From NCBI GenBank assembly GCA_950097015.1, contig CATNEN010000038.1, positions 34,162,001 through 34,226,000 of the forward strand: a stretch of DNA of 64,000 nt, read 5' to 3'. The position numbers and the translations under genes are program-made. The notes beneath the pieces are model-generated. The model worked only from the letters and a program-made list of their open reading frames with translations, had not been told where the DNA came from and did not search any database. The stretch is from Macrostomum hystrix (Eukaryota > Animalia > Platyhelminthes). Of this stretch, positions 1-12,600 are shown one piece after another (position 1 is the first letter of the stretch; every line of letters starts with the position of its first letter).

Positions 1-249
1 CAGCCAATAAAACACATATAAGTATTTACGGCTGCAAAAAATTGTTTGGAAGAGTAAAATTGTTGTTTTTGGAAGTCACATAATAGTGTATATACGAGCG
101 TAAAAAATAAAACTGTATTCCTAGAAAGGCTTCAGTTGAAGATTTACGAGTCTGTAAAAAATACACATGGATTCTTATATTTATGATTTTATGTATTTTG
201 AGTAGAGTAAAAACTTTCAGAAGCATACAGTTTGCTATATGTGTTCGTC

Positions 250-350
250 AGAGTGAGGCGAAGTGGAGGAGTGAGGTGGTGGAGTGAGGTTGGTGACGGA
301 GTGAGGTGGGTGTTGGAATGGGGTTGTTGGTGGAGTGAGGTGGGTGGCTG
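250..350. repeat. Degenerate GGAGTGAGGT(T/G)GGT minisatellite downstream of CC2D2A stop
   Basis: Same unit as the array at 870-1045. Confidence 0.6.
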
Positions 351-624
351 ACATGGGGAATTACTTTTAACTTTAAAATTCAGTATTGATATGTGCAGTA
401 TATCTTCAGTTTGTTTGGCCTAAATTTAGACATAAAAGTTTAGATATGAATCGATACTAGAAGAGTAACCATGGAACCAAAAATGGAAACAAAGACTACT
501 ATTCGTTGCAAAAATATCGCAGAAAGCTACGAGTATCACAGTCCAGCTGTTTAAATAATGGCTTGCTTGTACAAAACTAACTTCGCAACATTCAGTGTCT
601 AACTCATCAACGAATCAGATGAAA

Positions 625-3600
625 TTATTTTTTCAGTGCCATCAGGTTGACCCAGATGGCTAGCACATTCTTGGGATACTGGTGCACGTAGGCCACACAG
701 GAAAACTCTACCTTCGGCGTTGGCTCCTTGCTGTCAACGTACATGCCTATCTCATGCAGCTTAGTGTTTTTAACTTCGCCTAAGATCTCTTCGGTAGATT
801 TGTAGCTCATTTGCAGCGAGTAGCCAACGATCTGAAAAGTTGATTTAGGTGGGTAGGTGGATTGAATGAGGTGGTTAGCGGAGTGAGGTTGGTAGCGGAG
901 TGATGTGGGTTGCGGAGTGAGGTTGGTAGCGGAGTGAGGTTGGTAACGGAGTGATGTGGGTAGCGGAGTGAGGTGGGTAGCGGAGTGATGTGGGTAGCGG
1001 AGTGAGGTTGGTAGCGGAGCAAGGTGGGTAGCAGAGCGAGGTGGGTTCTAGAAGGATATAAACGTATGTGCTTGATGCATTAAATGATACCAATAAGAAC
1101 GGAAAGTTCTACGAAAAAAAACACACTTACAACTTTAGAGCCAAAAAATCCTTTGTAAACTTCCTTGGCCGCTGCGATTTCACGACAAACTGGGTCATAG
1201 TGGTACACCTCCATGCTGAAAAAAATATAATAAATGCTGATTTTGTGCTAAGAGGTAGTTACTGATTAGCTGCAGTACACATAAATTAAAGTACACTATT
1301 ACTCGAGTACACGAAGACGAGAATGTAAGAAAAGCAAGTCAATGTACATACACATCTAGCTCGTATTTAATGATTACAGAAATGTGATCGAGTAGATAAA
1401 ATTGAAGAATAACTATGCGACTTTGCGCACAGGAGGAGACGAGATTAAAGTAATGACTATCCAGTGTACATTCGCAAGTCCGCACAGGTAGAGACAAGGC
1501 TGAAGAATGACTAGCTAATGTACATTGGCATATACGCACAGGATGAGACGAGATCGAAATAATGACTAGCCAATGTGCATTCCCATGTACGCACGGGAGG
1601 AGACGCGGCTGAAGAATGACTAGCCAATGTATGTTGACATGTACGCACAGGAAGAGACGAGATCGAAATAATGACTCGCCAATGTACATTCGAATGTACG
1701 CACACGTGGAGACGAGGTTGGAGAATGACTAGCCAATGTACATTCGTATGTACACACAGGGGGGCAAGATTAAAGTAACAAGCAGAAATTCCTGAAATTT
1801 CATGAGATTTACTTACGCCTTGAGTAGTTCCCGCACTTCCCTAATTCCGCGATTGTTCCAGAGAGTCGGCACCCTGGGCCGCCAGGACTCGATGCCTTTT
1901 CGCACAGCGGACTCGATGTCGTACTCGATGTTGCTAATATCCGAGGCTATCAAAGCTTCGCTGTCATAGCTGATGGGCTGCTGGATGCAATCGAATGTTT
2001 TATCATTCGGCTTGGGTATATGCAGCCAGTCGTTCTTGCCCTCCAGCGGCTGATTCAAAGCTTTCGGACCCTCGAAGGGCTTCTTGTTGACATAGACACC
2101 GTCGGCATTGATGAGGCAGTCGATGCTAATAAGAGGCGAGCGATCGCTGATCGATTTGAATCGGGCGCCGCTGGTCGGATTCCACACAAATTTGCCTTCG
2201 CTTGACATTTCGATTACGTAAGCCGTGGAACCCTCCGGTACAGCGTTGCCCAAAGCCAAATAGACTTGGGTGCCGTTCTCACCCTGAGTCAGGTGCGTCA
2301 GGTAGTTGGCCAGAAGTACGGCGTGCTCCTCCTCGTCTCCGGCCTGGTAGTCCAGGAATTCCTGCGGGTTCATTAGGTTGGATTGGTTTGGATTTGATTG
2401 GATTAGATTGGATTGGATTAGATTGGACTGGATTGGATTGGATAGGACTGGATTGTATTGGACAGGACTGGATTGGATTGGATTGAACCGGATAGGACTG
2501 GATTGTATTGGATAGGACTGGATTGGATAGGAATGGATTGGATTAGATTGGATTGGATTGGATTGGACTGGACTGGATTGGACTGGATTGGACTGGATTG
2601 GATTGGATTGGATTGGATTGGACTGCATTGGATTGGATTGGACTGGACTGGGCTGGATTGGATTGGATAGGACTGGATTGGATAGGACTGGATTGGATTG
2701 AATTGGATTGGATTGGACTGGATTGGATTGGATTGGATTGGACTGGACTGGATTGGATTGGATTGGATTGGACTGGATTGGATTGGATTGGATTGGACTG
2801 GATTGAACCGGATTGGACTGGATTGTATTGGACTGGATTGGATTGGATTTCTTTGTTTTGTTGGATTAGATTCTATTGATTGGATGTGTTGGATCTCACG
2901 TGTTAGATTGGATAGGTTTAATTGGACTCATTAGATTGGATTCTGTCTCACCTCGCAGGTGTTCCAAATGTCGATGAGACCAGGAAAAGCGGAGGCGTCG
3001 CTCACGAAGGGCACCAGAGAGACGTAGCGGGCCACAATTGCCTGCGATTTGAGATAGAAAACTCCATAAAAACTACTTCTGTTTTAAAACAGTAGTATCA
3101 CATTTTTTACAACTAGTTTTGTGGCATAAAGATATGAAACTATCTGAATAAAAGACTATAAATAATATACTAATTGTTTTTGTTTAAACTAAATAAAAAC
3201 AAATTAGTTAAAATCTTAAAATAAACGAAAATCAGCAGAGAAATCAACTAGATCAGCCTAAATGTCAACACCGCGCTCGGGTGGAAGATGCTTAAATTGG
3301 GGTTGCCAAAAGTTGCTTCTAAAAATAGAAACAACGCCAAACCTTCTCGACCAATCAAATTGTAAACACTTTTCCGTTGGAGTTACTTAAATCTGCCTTA
3401 TAAGTCGAGTTTCTCTAACTCTCCTCACCTTCTTCTGTTCGAGGTCGGTGACTTCGCCTCGGTCACCCCGGCGGAACAGATCGGCTGGCGGTTGCATGCC
3501 GTTCTTCATCATGTAGCATGCCACGAACACCTCCTTGACCTCCATGCTGACTACGAATGCACGCGGATTGTAAAGAAACTCGTCCGAAACCACCTCGGGA

Positions 3601-6600
3601 TCGGACTGTTGCTGGCGACGAGCTTGAGTGACTTGGTCGCAGAGGCGGGCGAGACTCTGCTTAGTGTCACGAACCCACTGCCTGCGAACGGGGAAAATAT
3701 TTGTAAATAGGACAAATTGTAAAAAAGACACTAAGACTAAACACATAACTAGCCAATGTGCATACAGATTTAGTTATAAATATAAATGTACGCAATTGAG
3801 GAGACGAAAACTAAAGAATAGCTAGCCGATGTACATACCAATGTACGCACAGGAGGAGATGCTTTCAATCTGTCATCGAAATCTGTTTCAATCAATTTAA
3901 ATTGAAATCATACTATAATCTAGGTGCTCACCTGGCTGGTTCGTGCGCCGTATCGAAAGTCTGCTGCAGCAGGCTCGGCCTGGCCAGATGCGGCTGCAGA
4001 CTGATGAACACACTCAATGTCGGCGCCCGCCTTCGCTTTTGAGACGTCGACTGCGACTGACCAGCGGCCTCTCCGCCTCTGTGGGTTTATAAATATTTAT
4101 AAATAAATATATAACGTTTATAAATAAATATTTTGTTAAATGTAAGTAAAACGTTTTTGCTCTATTACAATTTATGTATGTATTTAATTCAACATTTTCT
4201 GAGCTTTTGTTTTTTGTGTTAACTCATCGTTTTTTAAGTGCATTTGTGTCTAATAAACATATTTTATAGTTTTAGTTATCCAATAAGAGGTTCCAAGTAT
4301 TACAAGCAATTCTAAAAATAAGCAATGTATTTACGATAAAATAATAAAATTAAATTAAAAAATTAAAAACAAAACAACTAAAGAGTAACAGTCAGTTTTT
4401 GTAACTGTGTGTATTTACACAGTTAATATTATTTAAAATTATATAAATAATGAAAAAGGAACATCAATAAAAATCTAAGTTATATATAATATATATAGAA
4501 AGTAAAAAATTATTAATGCAAAAAATAACATCAATCAAATCAGTGTTATTTAAACAAAATAATTTTTCGAACACAATATTATCTGAAAAACTATATTATA
4601 ACATTTCGTTTTCTAATTTTTATATGAATTTAAAAGTATTTAAAATTTGAAAGTATATTTAATATGAAATATCGAACAAAGTTGCTGAAATGTTAATAAA
4701 TACTATTTTTTTGTTTGCATGCAAACTGGAATGATTTTTGTATACAATTTCAATTACGTTGACGTTTACAGTCATCGATATATTAACAACCTGAGTGCTC
4801 CAGTAATTTCCGAGCAATTTCACCTGACTTACTTCTGTTTCAGACCCATCCTACGAAAAGTAGTAGAGTAAGATACAATATTTATATAGAAACGTGCTAG
4901 TACCTATACTGTCAATGACAGAAAATGCCAGATTAAAAAAACCGATTATAAAGCGCAAAGCAACAGATTCGAACCCAGGACCTTTGGCGAAGAAAAGCCG
5001 AACTATCCAGTCAATTTACCTGGCCGGAGAGTCGCCCTCGCCGCCGCTGTAGCCCATCAAGAATTCGGGTGTGCGCAGCTGCAGCCGGCCCTTGACCTTC
5101 TCGTTGATGTAGATGGTGGAGAACGGAATGGCCACGCTGCCTAAGAAGTGCTTCTCGTGTACCAGCACCGAGCTGAACTCCTGCCCGCCCTCAGAGGCTC
5201 GCGAGTAGCTAGTGTCGTTGAACACATTCAGCACCAGCTCGTCTTCGATGGTCTCCGGCTTCTGGTTGGGATTTTTCAGCCGGAAGGGCAGCTCCATGCT
5301 GGCGCTCCAGTCAGGACTGCTGCCGCTGGACACCGCCGTGCGGAGGCTGTTGCCCTGTGAGTTGGATGCGGTTGGTACACCGATATGTACTTTCCAATTG
5401 AGGCTGAGAAGTGAACAATATGAGTGCAGGGGCATAAAGAGCTTATGCCTCGAAGGCCAAAGTGTTAATGGAAAAGACATGAGACACAGAAAATATCAGA
5501 CGCTGGAGAGATGAGACACGGGAGAGATGAGACACTGGAGAGATGAGACACTGGAGAGATGAGACACTGGAGAGATGAGACACGGGAGAGATGAGACACT
5601 GGAGAGATGAGACACTGGAGAGATGAGACACGGGAGAGATGAGACACTGGAGAGATGAGACACTGGAGACATGAGACACGGGAGAGATGAGACACTGGAG
5701 AGATGAGACACTGGAGACATGAGACACGGGAGAGATGAGACACTGGAGAGATGAGACACGGGAGAGATGAGACACGGGAGAGATGAGACACGGGAGAGAT
5801 GAGACACTGGAGAGATGAGACACTGGAGACATGAGACACGGGAGAGATGAGACACTGGAGAGATGAGACACTGGAGACATGAGACACGGGAGAGATGAGA
5901 CACTGGAGAGATGAGACACGGGAGAGATAAGACACGGGAGAGATGAGACACTGGAGAGATGAGACACGGGAGAGATGAGACACTGGAGAGATGAGACACG
6001 GGAGAGATGAGACACGGGAGAGATGAGACACGGGAGAGATGAGACACGGGAGAGATGAGACAGGGCAAGATGAGACACTCGAGAGATGAGACACGTCATA
6101 TATGAGAAAGGAGAGAAATAAGACACGGACGAGATGAGACAGAAGAGAGAGAAACCAAAAACAAGATAGAGGAGAGAAAAAGATAGAAAACATATGAAAT
6201 CTTTAGACTGTGCAGCGATATTTGGATGGGGCTAGTACCTGAAAAGTGGCCTCAACAAACGGTTTCAGCGGTGATTTATCAATCGGTATCGGCAAATCAA
6301 CAGCTCCCAGAATGCTTATCGACAGGTTCAACGGCGTCACAGCCAGGCTAAGCAGGGTGGTGTGAGCGGCCACCTCGCGCGACGGCTTCAAAGGCCGCTT
6401 CCTACTGCAGAGCGGTCGCAGCAGCGAGAAAATGTCCACAATGACAGCCTTAGCCTCTTCGACCACTTCGTCGTAGCTTCGATAGCCTTTGGCTGTGTTG
6501 AAGGCGTCCAGCACCTGTTCGCGCACCTGACGCATCTTACGCTCGTAGTTCAGACGTAGCTTCTCAAGTTTGCTCAGTTGCGCCAGTCCGGCCGCCTTCT

Positions 6601-9600
6601 GTTCACGCTTCTGCTCTTGCTGGAATGGCAGTCCGACATTCGAATTGGAATTATGCATCGTGTCTGTATTCCATAGAAATCACTAGGAAGCATTTTACTG
6701 TTAGATTGCAATGCTAAAAGTGCTACCAACGTGTGACAAGTGTACTTTAAAGCATTTTTTTAGAATTATGAAAGTTTAGAATCTGCTGTCTCTCCGGAAT
6801 GTTTTGTGTGTCTGTGGGATGTTTTGTGTGTCTGCGGGATGTTTTGTGTGTCTGTGGGATGTTTGGTGTGTCTCTGGGATGTTTGGTGTGTCTGTGGGAT
6901 GTTTGGTGTGTCTCTGGGATGTTTGGTGTGTCTGTGGGATGTTTGGTGTGTCTCTGGGATGTTTGGTGTGTCTCTGGGATGTTTGGTGTGTCTGTGGGAT
7001 GTTTGGTGTGTCTCTGGGATGTTTGGTGTGTCTGTAGGATGTTTGGTGTGTCTCTTGGAAGTTTGGTGTGTCTCTGGGATGTTTGGTGTGTCTGTAGGAT
7101 GTTTGGTGTGTCTCTTGGAAGTTTGGTGTGTCTCTGGGATGTTTGGTGTGTCTCTGGGATGTTTGGTGTGTCTCTTGGATGTTTGGTGTGTCTGTGGGAT
7201 GTTTGGTGTGTCTCTGGGATGTTTGGTGTGTCTGTAGGATGTTTGGTGTGTCTCTTGGAAGTTTGGTGTGTCTCTGGGATGTTTGGTGTGTCTGTAGGAT
7301 GTTTGGTGTGTCTCTGGGATGTTTGGTGTGTCTCTGGGATGTTTGGTGTGTCTCTGGGATGTTTGGTGTGTCTCTGGGATGTTTGGTGTGTCTCTTGGAT
7401 GTTTGGTGTGTCTCTTGGAAGTTTGGTGTGTCTCTTGGATGTTTGGTGTGTCTCTTGGATGTTTGGTGTGTCTCTTGGATGTTTGGTGTGTCTCTGGGAT
7501 GTTTGGTGTGTCTCTGGGATGTTTGGTGTGTCTCTGGGATGTTTGGTGTGTCTCTGGGATGTTTGGTGTGTCTGTAGGATGTTTGGTGTGTCTCTGGGAT
7601 GTTTGGTGTGTCTCTTGGAAGTTTGGTGTGTCTCTGGGATGTTTGGTGTGTCTCTTGGAAGTTTGGTGTGTCTCTTGGATGTTTGGTGTGTCCCTGGGAT
7701 GTTTGGTGTGTCTCTGGGATGTTTGGTGTGTCTCTGGGATGTTTGGTGTGTCTCTGGGATGTTTGGTGTGTCTGTAGGATGTTTGGTGTGTCTCTGGGAT
7801 GTTTGGTGTGTCTCTTGGAAGTTTGGTGTGTCTCTGGGATGTTTGGTGTGTCTCTGGGATGTTTGGTGTGTCTCTGGGATGTTTGGTGTGTCTCTGGGAT
7901 GTTTGGTGTGTCTCTGGGATGTTTGGTGTGTCTCTGGGATGTTTGGTGTGTCCCTGGGATGTTTGGTGTGTCTCTTGAAAGTTTGGTGTGTCCCTGGGAT
8001 GTTTGGTGTGTCTCTGGGATGTTTGGTGTGTCTCTGGGATGTTTGGTGTGTCTCTGGGATGTTTGGTGTGTCTCTGGGATGTTTGGTGTGTCTGTAGGAT
8101 GTTTGGTGTGTCTCTGGGATGTTTGGTGTGTCTCTGGGATGTTTGGTGTGTCTCTGGGATGTTTGGTGTGTCCCTGGGATGTTTGGTGTGTCTCTGGGAT
8201 GTTTGGTGTGTCTCTGGGATGTTTGGTGTGTCTCTGGGATGTTTGGTGTGTCTCTGGGATGTTTGGTGTGTCTCTGGGATGTTTGGTGTGTCTCTGGGAT
8301 GTTTGGTGTGTCTGTAGGATGTTTGGTGTGTCTCTGGGATGTTTGGTGTGTCTCTGGGATGTTTGGTGTGTCTCTGGGATGTTTGGTGTGTCTCTGGGAT
8401 GTTTGGTGTGTCTCTGGGATGTTTGGTGTGTCTCTGGGATGTTTGGTGTGTCTGTAGGATGTTTGGTGTGTCTCTGGGATGTTTGGTGTGTCTCTTGGAA
8501 GTTTGGTGTGTCTCTGGGATGTTTGGTGTGTCTCTTGGAAGTTTGGTGTGTCTCTTGGATGTTTGGTGTGTCCCTGGGATGTTTGGTGTGTCTCTGGGAT
8601 GTTTGGTGTGTCTCTGGGATGTTTGGTGTGTCTCTGGGATGTTTGGTGTGTCTGTAGGATGTTTGGTGTGTCTCTGGGATGTTTGGTGTGTCTCTTGGAA
8701 GTTTGGTGTGTCTCTGGGATGTTTGGTGTGTCTCTGGGATGTTTGGTGTGTCTCTGGGATGTTTGGTGTGTCTCTGGGATGTTTGGTGTGTCTCTGGGAT
8801 GTTTGGTGTGTCCCTGGGATGTTTGGTGTGTCTCTTGGAAGTTTGGTGTGTCCCTGGGATGTTTGGTGTGTCTCTGGGATGTTTGGTGTGTCTCTGGGAT
8901 GTTTGGTGTGTCTCTGGGATGTTTGGTGTGTCTCTGGGATGTTTGGTGTGTCTCTGGGATGTTTGGTGTGTCTCTGGGATGTTTGGTGTGTCTCTGGGAT
9001 GTTTGGTGTGTCTCTGGGATGTTTGGTGTGTCCCTGGGATGTTTGGTGTGTCTCTGGGATGTTTGGTGTGTCTCTGGGATGTTTGGTGTGTCTCTGGGAT
9101 GTTTTGTGTGTCTCTGGGATGTTTGGTGTGTCTGTAGGATGTTTGGTGTGTCTCTGGGATGTTTGGTGTGTCTCTGGGATGTTTGGTGTGTCTCTGGGAT
9201 GTTTGGTGTGTCTCTGGGATGTTTGGTGTGTCTCTGGGATGTTTGGTGTGTCTCTGGGATGTTTGGTGTGTCTCTGGGATGTTTGGTGTGTCTCTGGGAT
9301 GTTTGGTGTGTCTGTAGGATGTTTGGTGTGTCTCTGGGATGTTTGGTGTGTCTCTTGGAAGTTTGGTGTGTCTCTGGGATGTTTGGTGTGTCTCTTGGAA
9401 GTTTGGTGTGTCTCTTGGATGTTTGGTGTGTCTCTTGGATGTTTGGTGTGTCCCTGGGATGTTTGGTGTGTCTCTGGGATGTTTGGTGTGTCTCTGGGAT
9501 GTTTGATGTGTCTCTGGGATGTTTGGTGTGTCTCGTAGGATGTTTGGTGTGTCTCTGGGATGTTTGGTGTGTCTCTTGGAAGTTTGGTGTGTCTCTGGGA

Positions 9601-12600
9601 TGTTTGGTGTGTCTCTGGGATGTTTGGTGTGTCTCTGGGATGTTTGGTGTGTCTCTGGGATGTTTGGTGTGTCTCTGGGATGTTTGGTGTGTCTCTGGGA
9701 TGTTTGGTGTGTCTCTTGGAATGTTTGGTGTGTCTCCTGGGATGTTTGGTGTGTCTCTGGGATGTTTGGTGTGTCTCTGGGATGTTTGGTGTGTCTCTGG
9801 GATGTTTGGTGTGTCTCTGGGATGTTTGGTGTGTCTCTGGGATGTTTGGTGTGTCTCTGGGATGTTTGGTGTGTCTCTGGGATGTTTGGTGTGTCTCTGG
9901 GATGTTTGGTGTGTCCCTGGGATGTTTGGTGTGTCTCTGGGATGTTTGGTGTGTCTCTGGGATGTTTGGTGTGTCTCTGGGATGTTTTGTGTGTCTCTGG
10001 GATGTTTGGTGTGTCTGTAGGATGTTTGGTGTGTCTCTGGGATGTTTGGTGTGTCTCTGGGATGTTTGGTGTGTCTCTGGGATGTTTGGTGTGTCTCTGG
10101 GATGTTTGGTGTGTCTCTGGGATGTTTGGTGTGTCTCTGGGATGTTTGGTGTGTCTCTGGGATGTTTGGTGTGTCTGTAGGATGTTTGGTGTGTCTCTGG
10201 GATGTTTGGTGTGTCTCTTGGAAGTTTGGTGTGTCTCTGGGATGTTTGGTGTGTCTCTGGGATGTTTGGTGTGTCTCTGGGATGTTTGGTGTGTCTCTGG
10301 GATGTTTGGTGTGTCTCTGGGATGTTTGGTGTGTCTCTGGGATGTTTGGTGTGTCTCTGGGATGTTTTGTGTGTCTCTGGGATGTTTGGTGTGTCTCTGG
10401 GATGTTTGGTGTGTCTCTGGGATGTTTGGTGTGTCTCTGGGATGTTTGGTGTGTCTGTAGGATGTTTGGTGTGTCTCTTGGATGTTTGGTGTGTCTCTGG
10501 GATGTTTGGTGTGTCCCTGGGATGTTTGGTGTGTCTCTGGGATGTTTGGTGTGTCCCTGGGATGTTTGGTGTGTCTCTGTGATGTTTGGTGTGTCTCTTG
10601 GAAGTTTGGTGTGTCTGTGGGATGTTTGGTGTGTCTCTTGGATGTTTGGTGTGTCTCTGGGATGTTTGGTGTGTCTCTGGGATGTTTGGTGTGTCTGTGG
10701 GATGTTTGGTGTGTCTCTGGGATGTTTGGTGTGTCTCTGGGATGTTTGGTGTGTCTGTAGGATGTTTGGTGTGTCTCTTGGAAGTTTGGTGTGTCTCTGG
10801 GATGTTTGGTGTGTCTTTGATGTTTGGTTTGGCTTTTTTTAGCTCAGTGACACGGTTAAGGAGTGAGCTATTTTTAGCTCAATGTGCACGTGACTATTTT
10901 CGAACAGGACTGGGCACAGCTTATTAACATGACAAAACAGTGTCCATATCAGAGGCAGTGTGTTCCAAAAGCGAATGTGTGGTTAGATTATATATAATAA
11001 CAAAATAAATACTCTCATACCGCTTCTGGGAGCTAAAAAGATATTCAGGTTAATAAATACAGATTAGTATCTAAATCAAAAGGGTCTCGCTTTATAAAAA
11101 ATTGGCATAAATATTCCGAGCGAGACCTCGCTCTCCCCGCGGTACATTTGGCCCGCTCAACCTCGCACCCACCCCGCTGTCACAATTGTACATTTGACAC
11201 GCGCAATCTCACTCCCTCCTCTCTGACTTAAGTGTACATTCCCGCGCCCCGCTTTAAACTCTCTCCTAACTGTCCCAAGTGTACATTTGCCCCGCTCAAC
11301 CTCGCACTCACCCTGTGTCCCAAGTGCACATTTGCCCCGCTCAACTTCGCACTCACCCTCTGTCCCAAGTGTACATTTGCCCCGCTCAACCTCGCACTCA
11401 CCCTCTGTCCCAAGTGTACATTTGCCCCGCTCAACCTCGCACTCACCCTCCGTCCCAAGTGTATATTTGCCCTGCTCAACCTCGCACCCACCCCGCTGTC
11501 ACAAGTGTACATTTGCCACGCGCATTCTCACTCCCTCCTCGCTGACCCAAGTGTACATTCCCCGCTCTCCCGCTTTAAACTCTCCCAACTGTCCCAAGTG
11601 TACATTTGCCCCGCTCAACCTCACTCCACACCTGATCACCCAATTATACATTGCCCTTCACAACCTCACTCCGACCCTGCTGTCACAATTGTTCATTTGC
11701 CCCTCGTATCCTCATTCGCTTCTTGCGGCCGCAAAGGAAAAGCCTTTGCTACTAAAATTGAAATAAAAATCTACTTGGCTAGTCGGCCAGGTCCAATAAT
11801 TACCTCGATCCACTTCCTGTTGACCATAGCCGAATAAACGGGCATCGGAGCACCCTTGGTGAGGTCCGGTGTCAGCTCGCCCCGATCGCGCATAGCGATA
11901 GCCCGGAACCTGGCATCGGCCTCTAAATCAGCCTGACCGCAAAAGTCGAACTCTTCCTCGAAAAAGTTGAATCGGCAATAGCCGGTCAAGTCAGCCTTGG
12001 CTGCGGCCTCAGAATCTTCGCCGAGGAAGCCGTGATAATTGAGCCTCACGTACCACGGATCATTGGGATCTTTTAAGTCGGTGAAGCGAACAGTTTTCGC
12101 CCGACTAATTTCGGGATCTTCGACGTACATCTCCAGCTGAGGATCGTACACTTTCAGCACCGGCGCCAGGATGTTGCCGTCGGAGTCGCATCGCCAGCCG
12201 CAGCGCGCTCGAACGATTGCGTCGAAACTGACGCCGGCGGCTGCGGCGGCGGTGTCGGTGGCGGCAGCTGTCACGGCCTCGTCTGACTGATGCGTAAACC
12301 GCATCTCAGACATGTTAACCTGCATGCGGTTAGGCATTTGAGTTCGGATAATTTTAGGCAACGATTTTTTAGGAGGGCTGTGGGCTCTGGCACATCATTT
12401 GTGACACTAGACCCACAGCTAGCGAGGACACAGCTCTGCCCATTCCGCTGACACCAGGGGCACACAAGCACACAGAAACTATATGTAGACACACACACAC
12501 ATGTGTACATCGGCAGCGACTTTCTCATCTCTAGGCACTGTGCCTTGCCTATGAAGTGCATAAATCCCAGAAACACCAAACATCCCAAAGACACACAAAA

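Noticed and set aside
4960-5010. Possible tRNA gene (GGTTCGAATC on the minus strand)
   Set aside because: Only a B-box-like fragment and no cloverleaf; at most a decayed SINE head.
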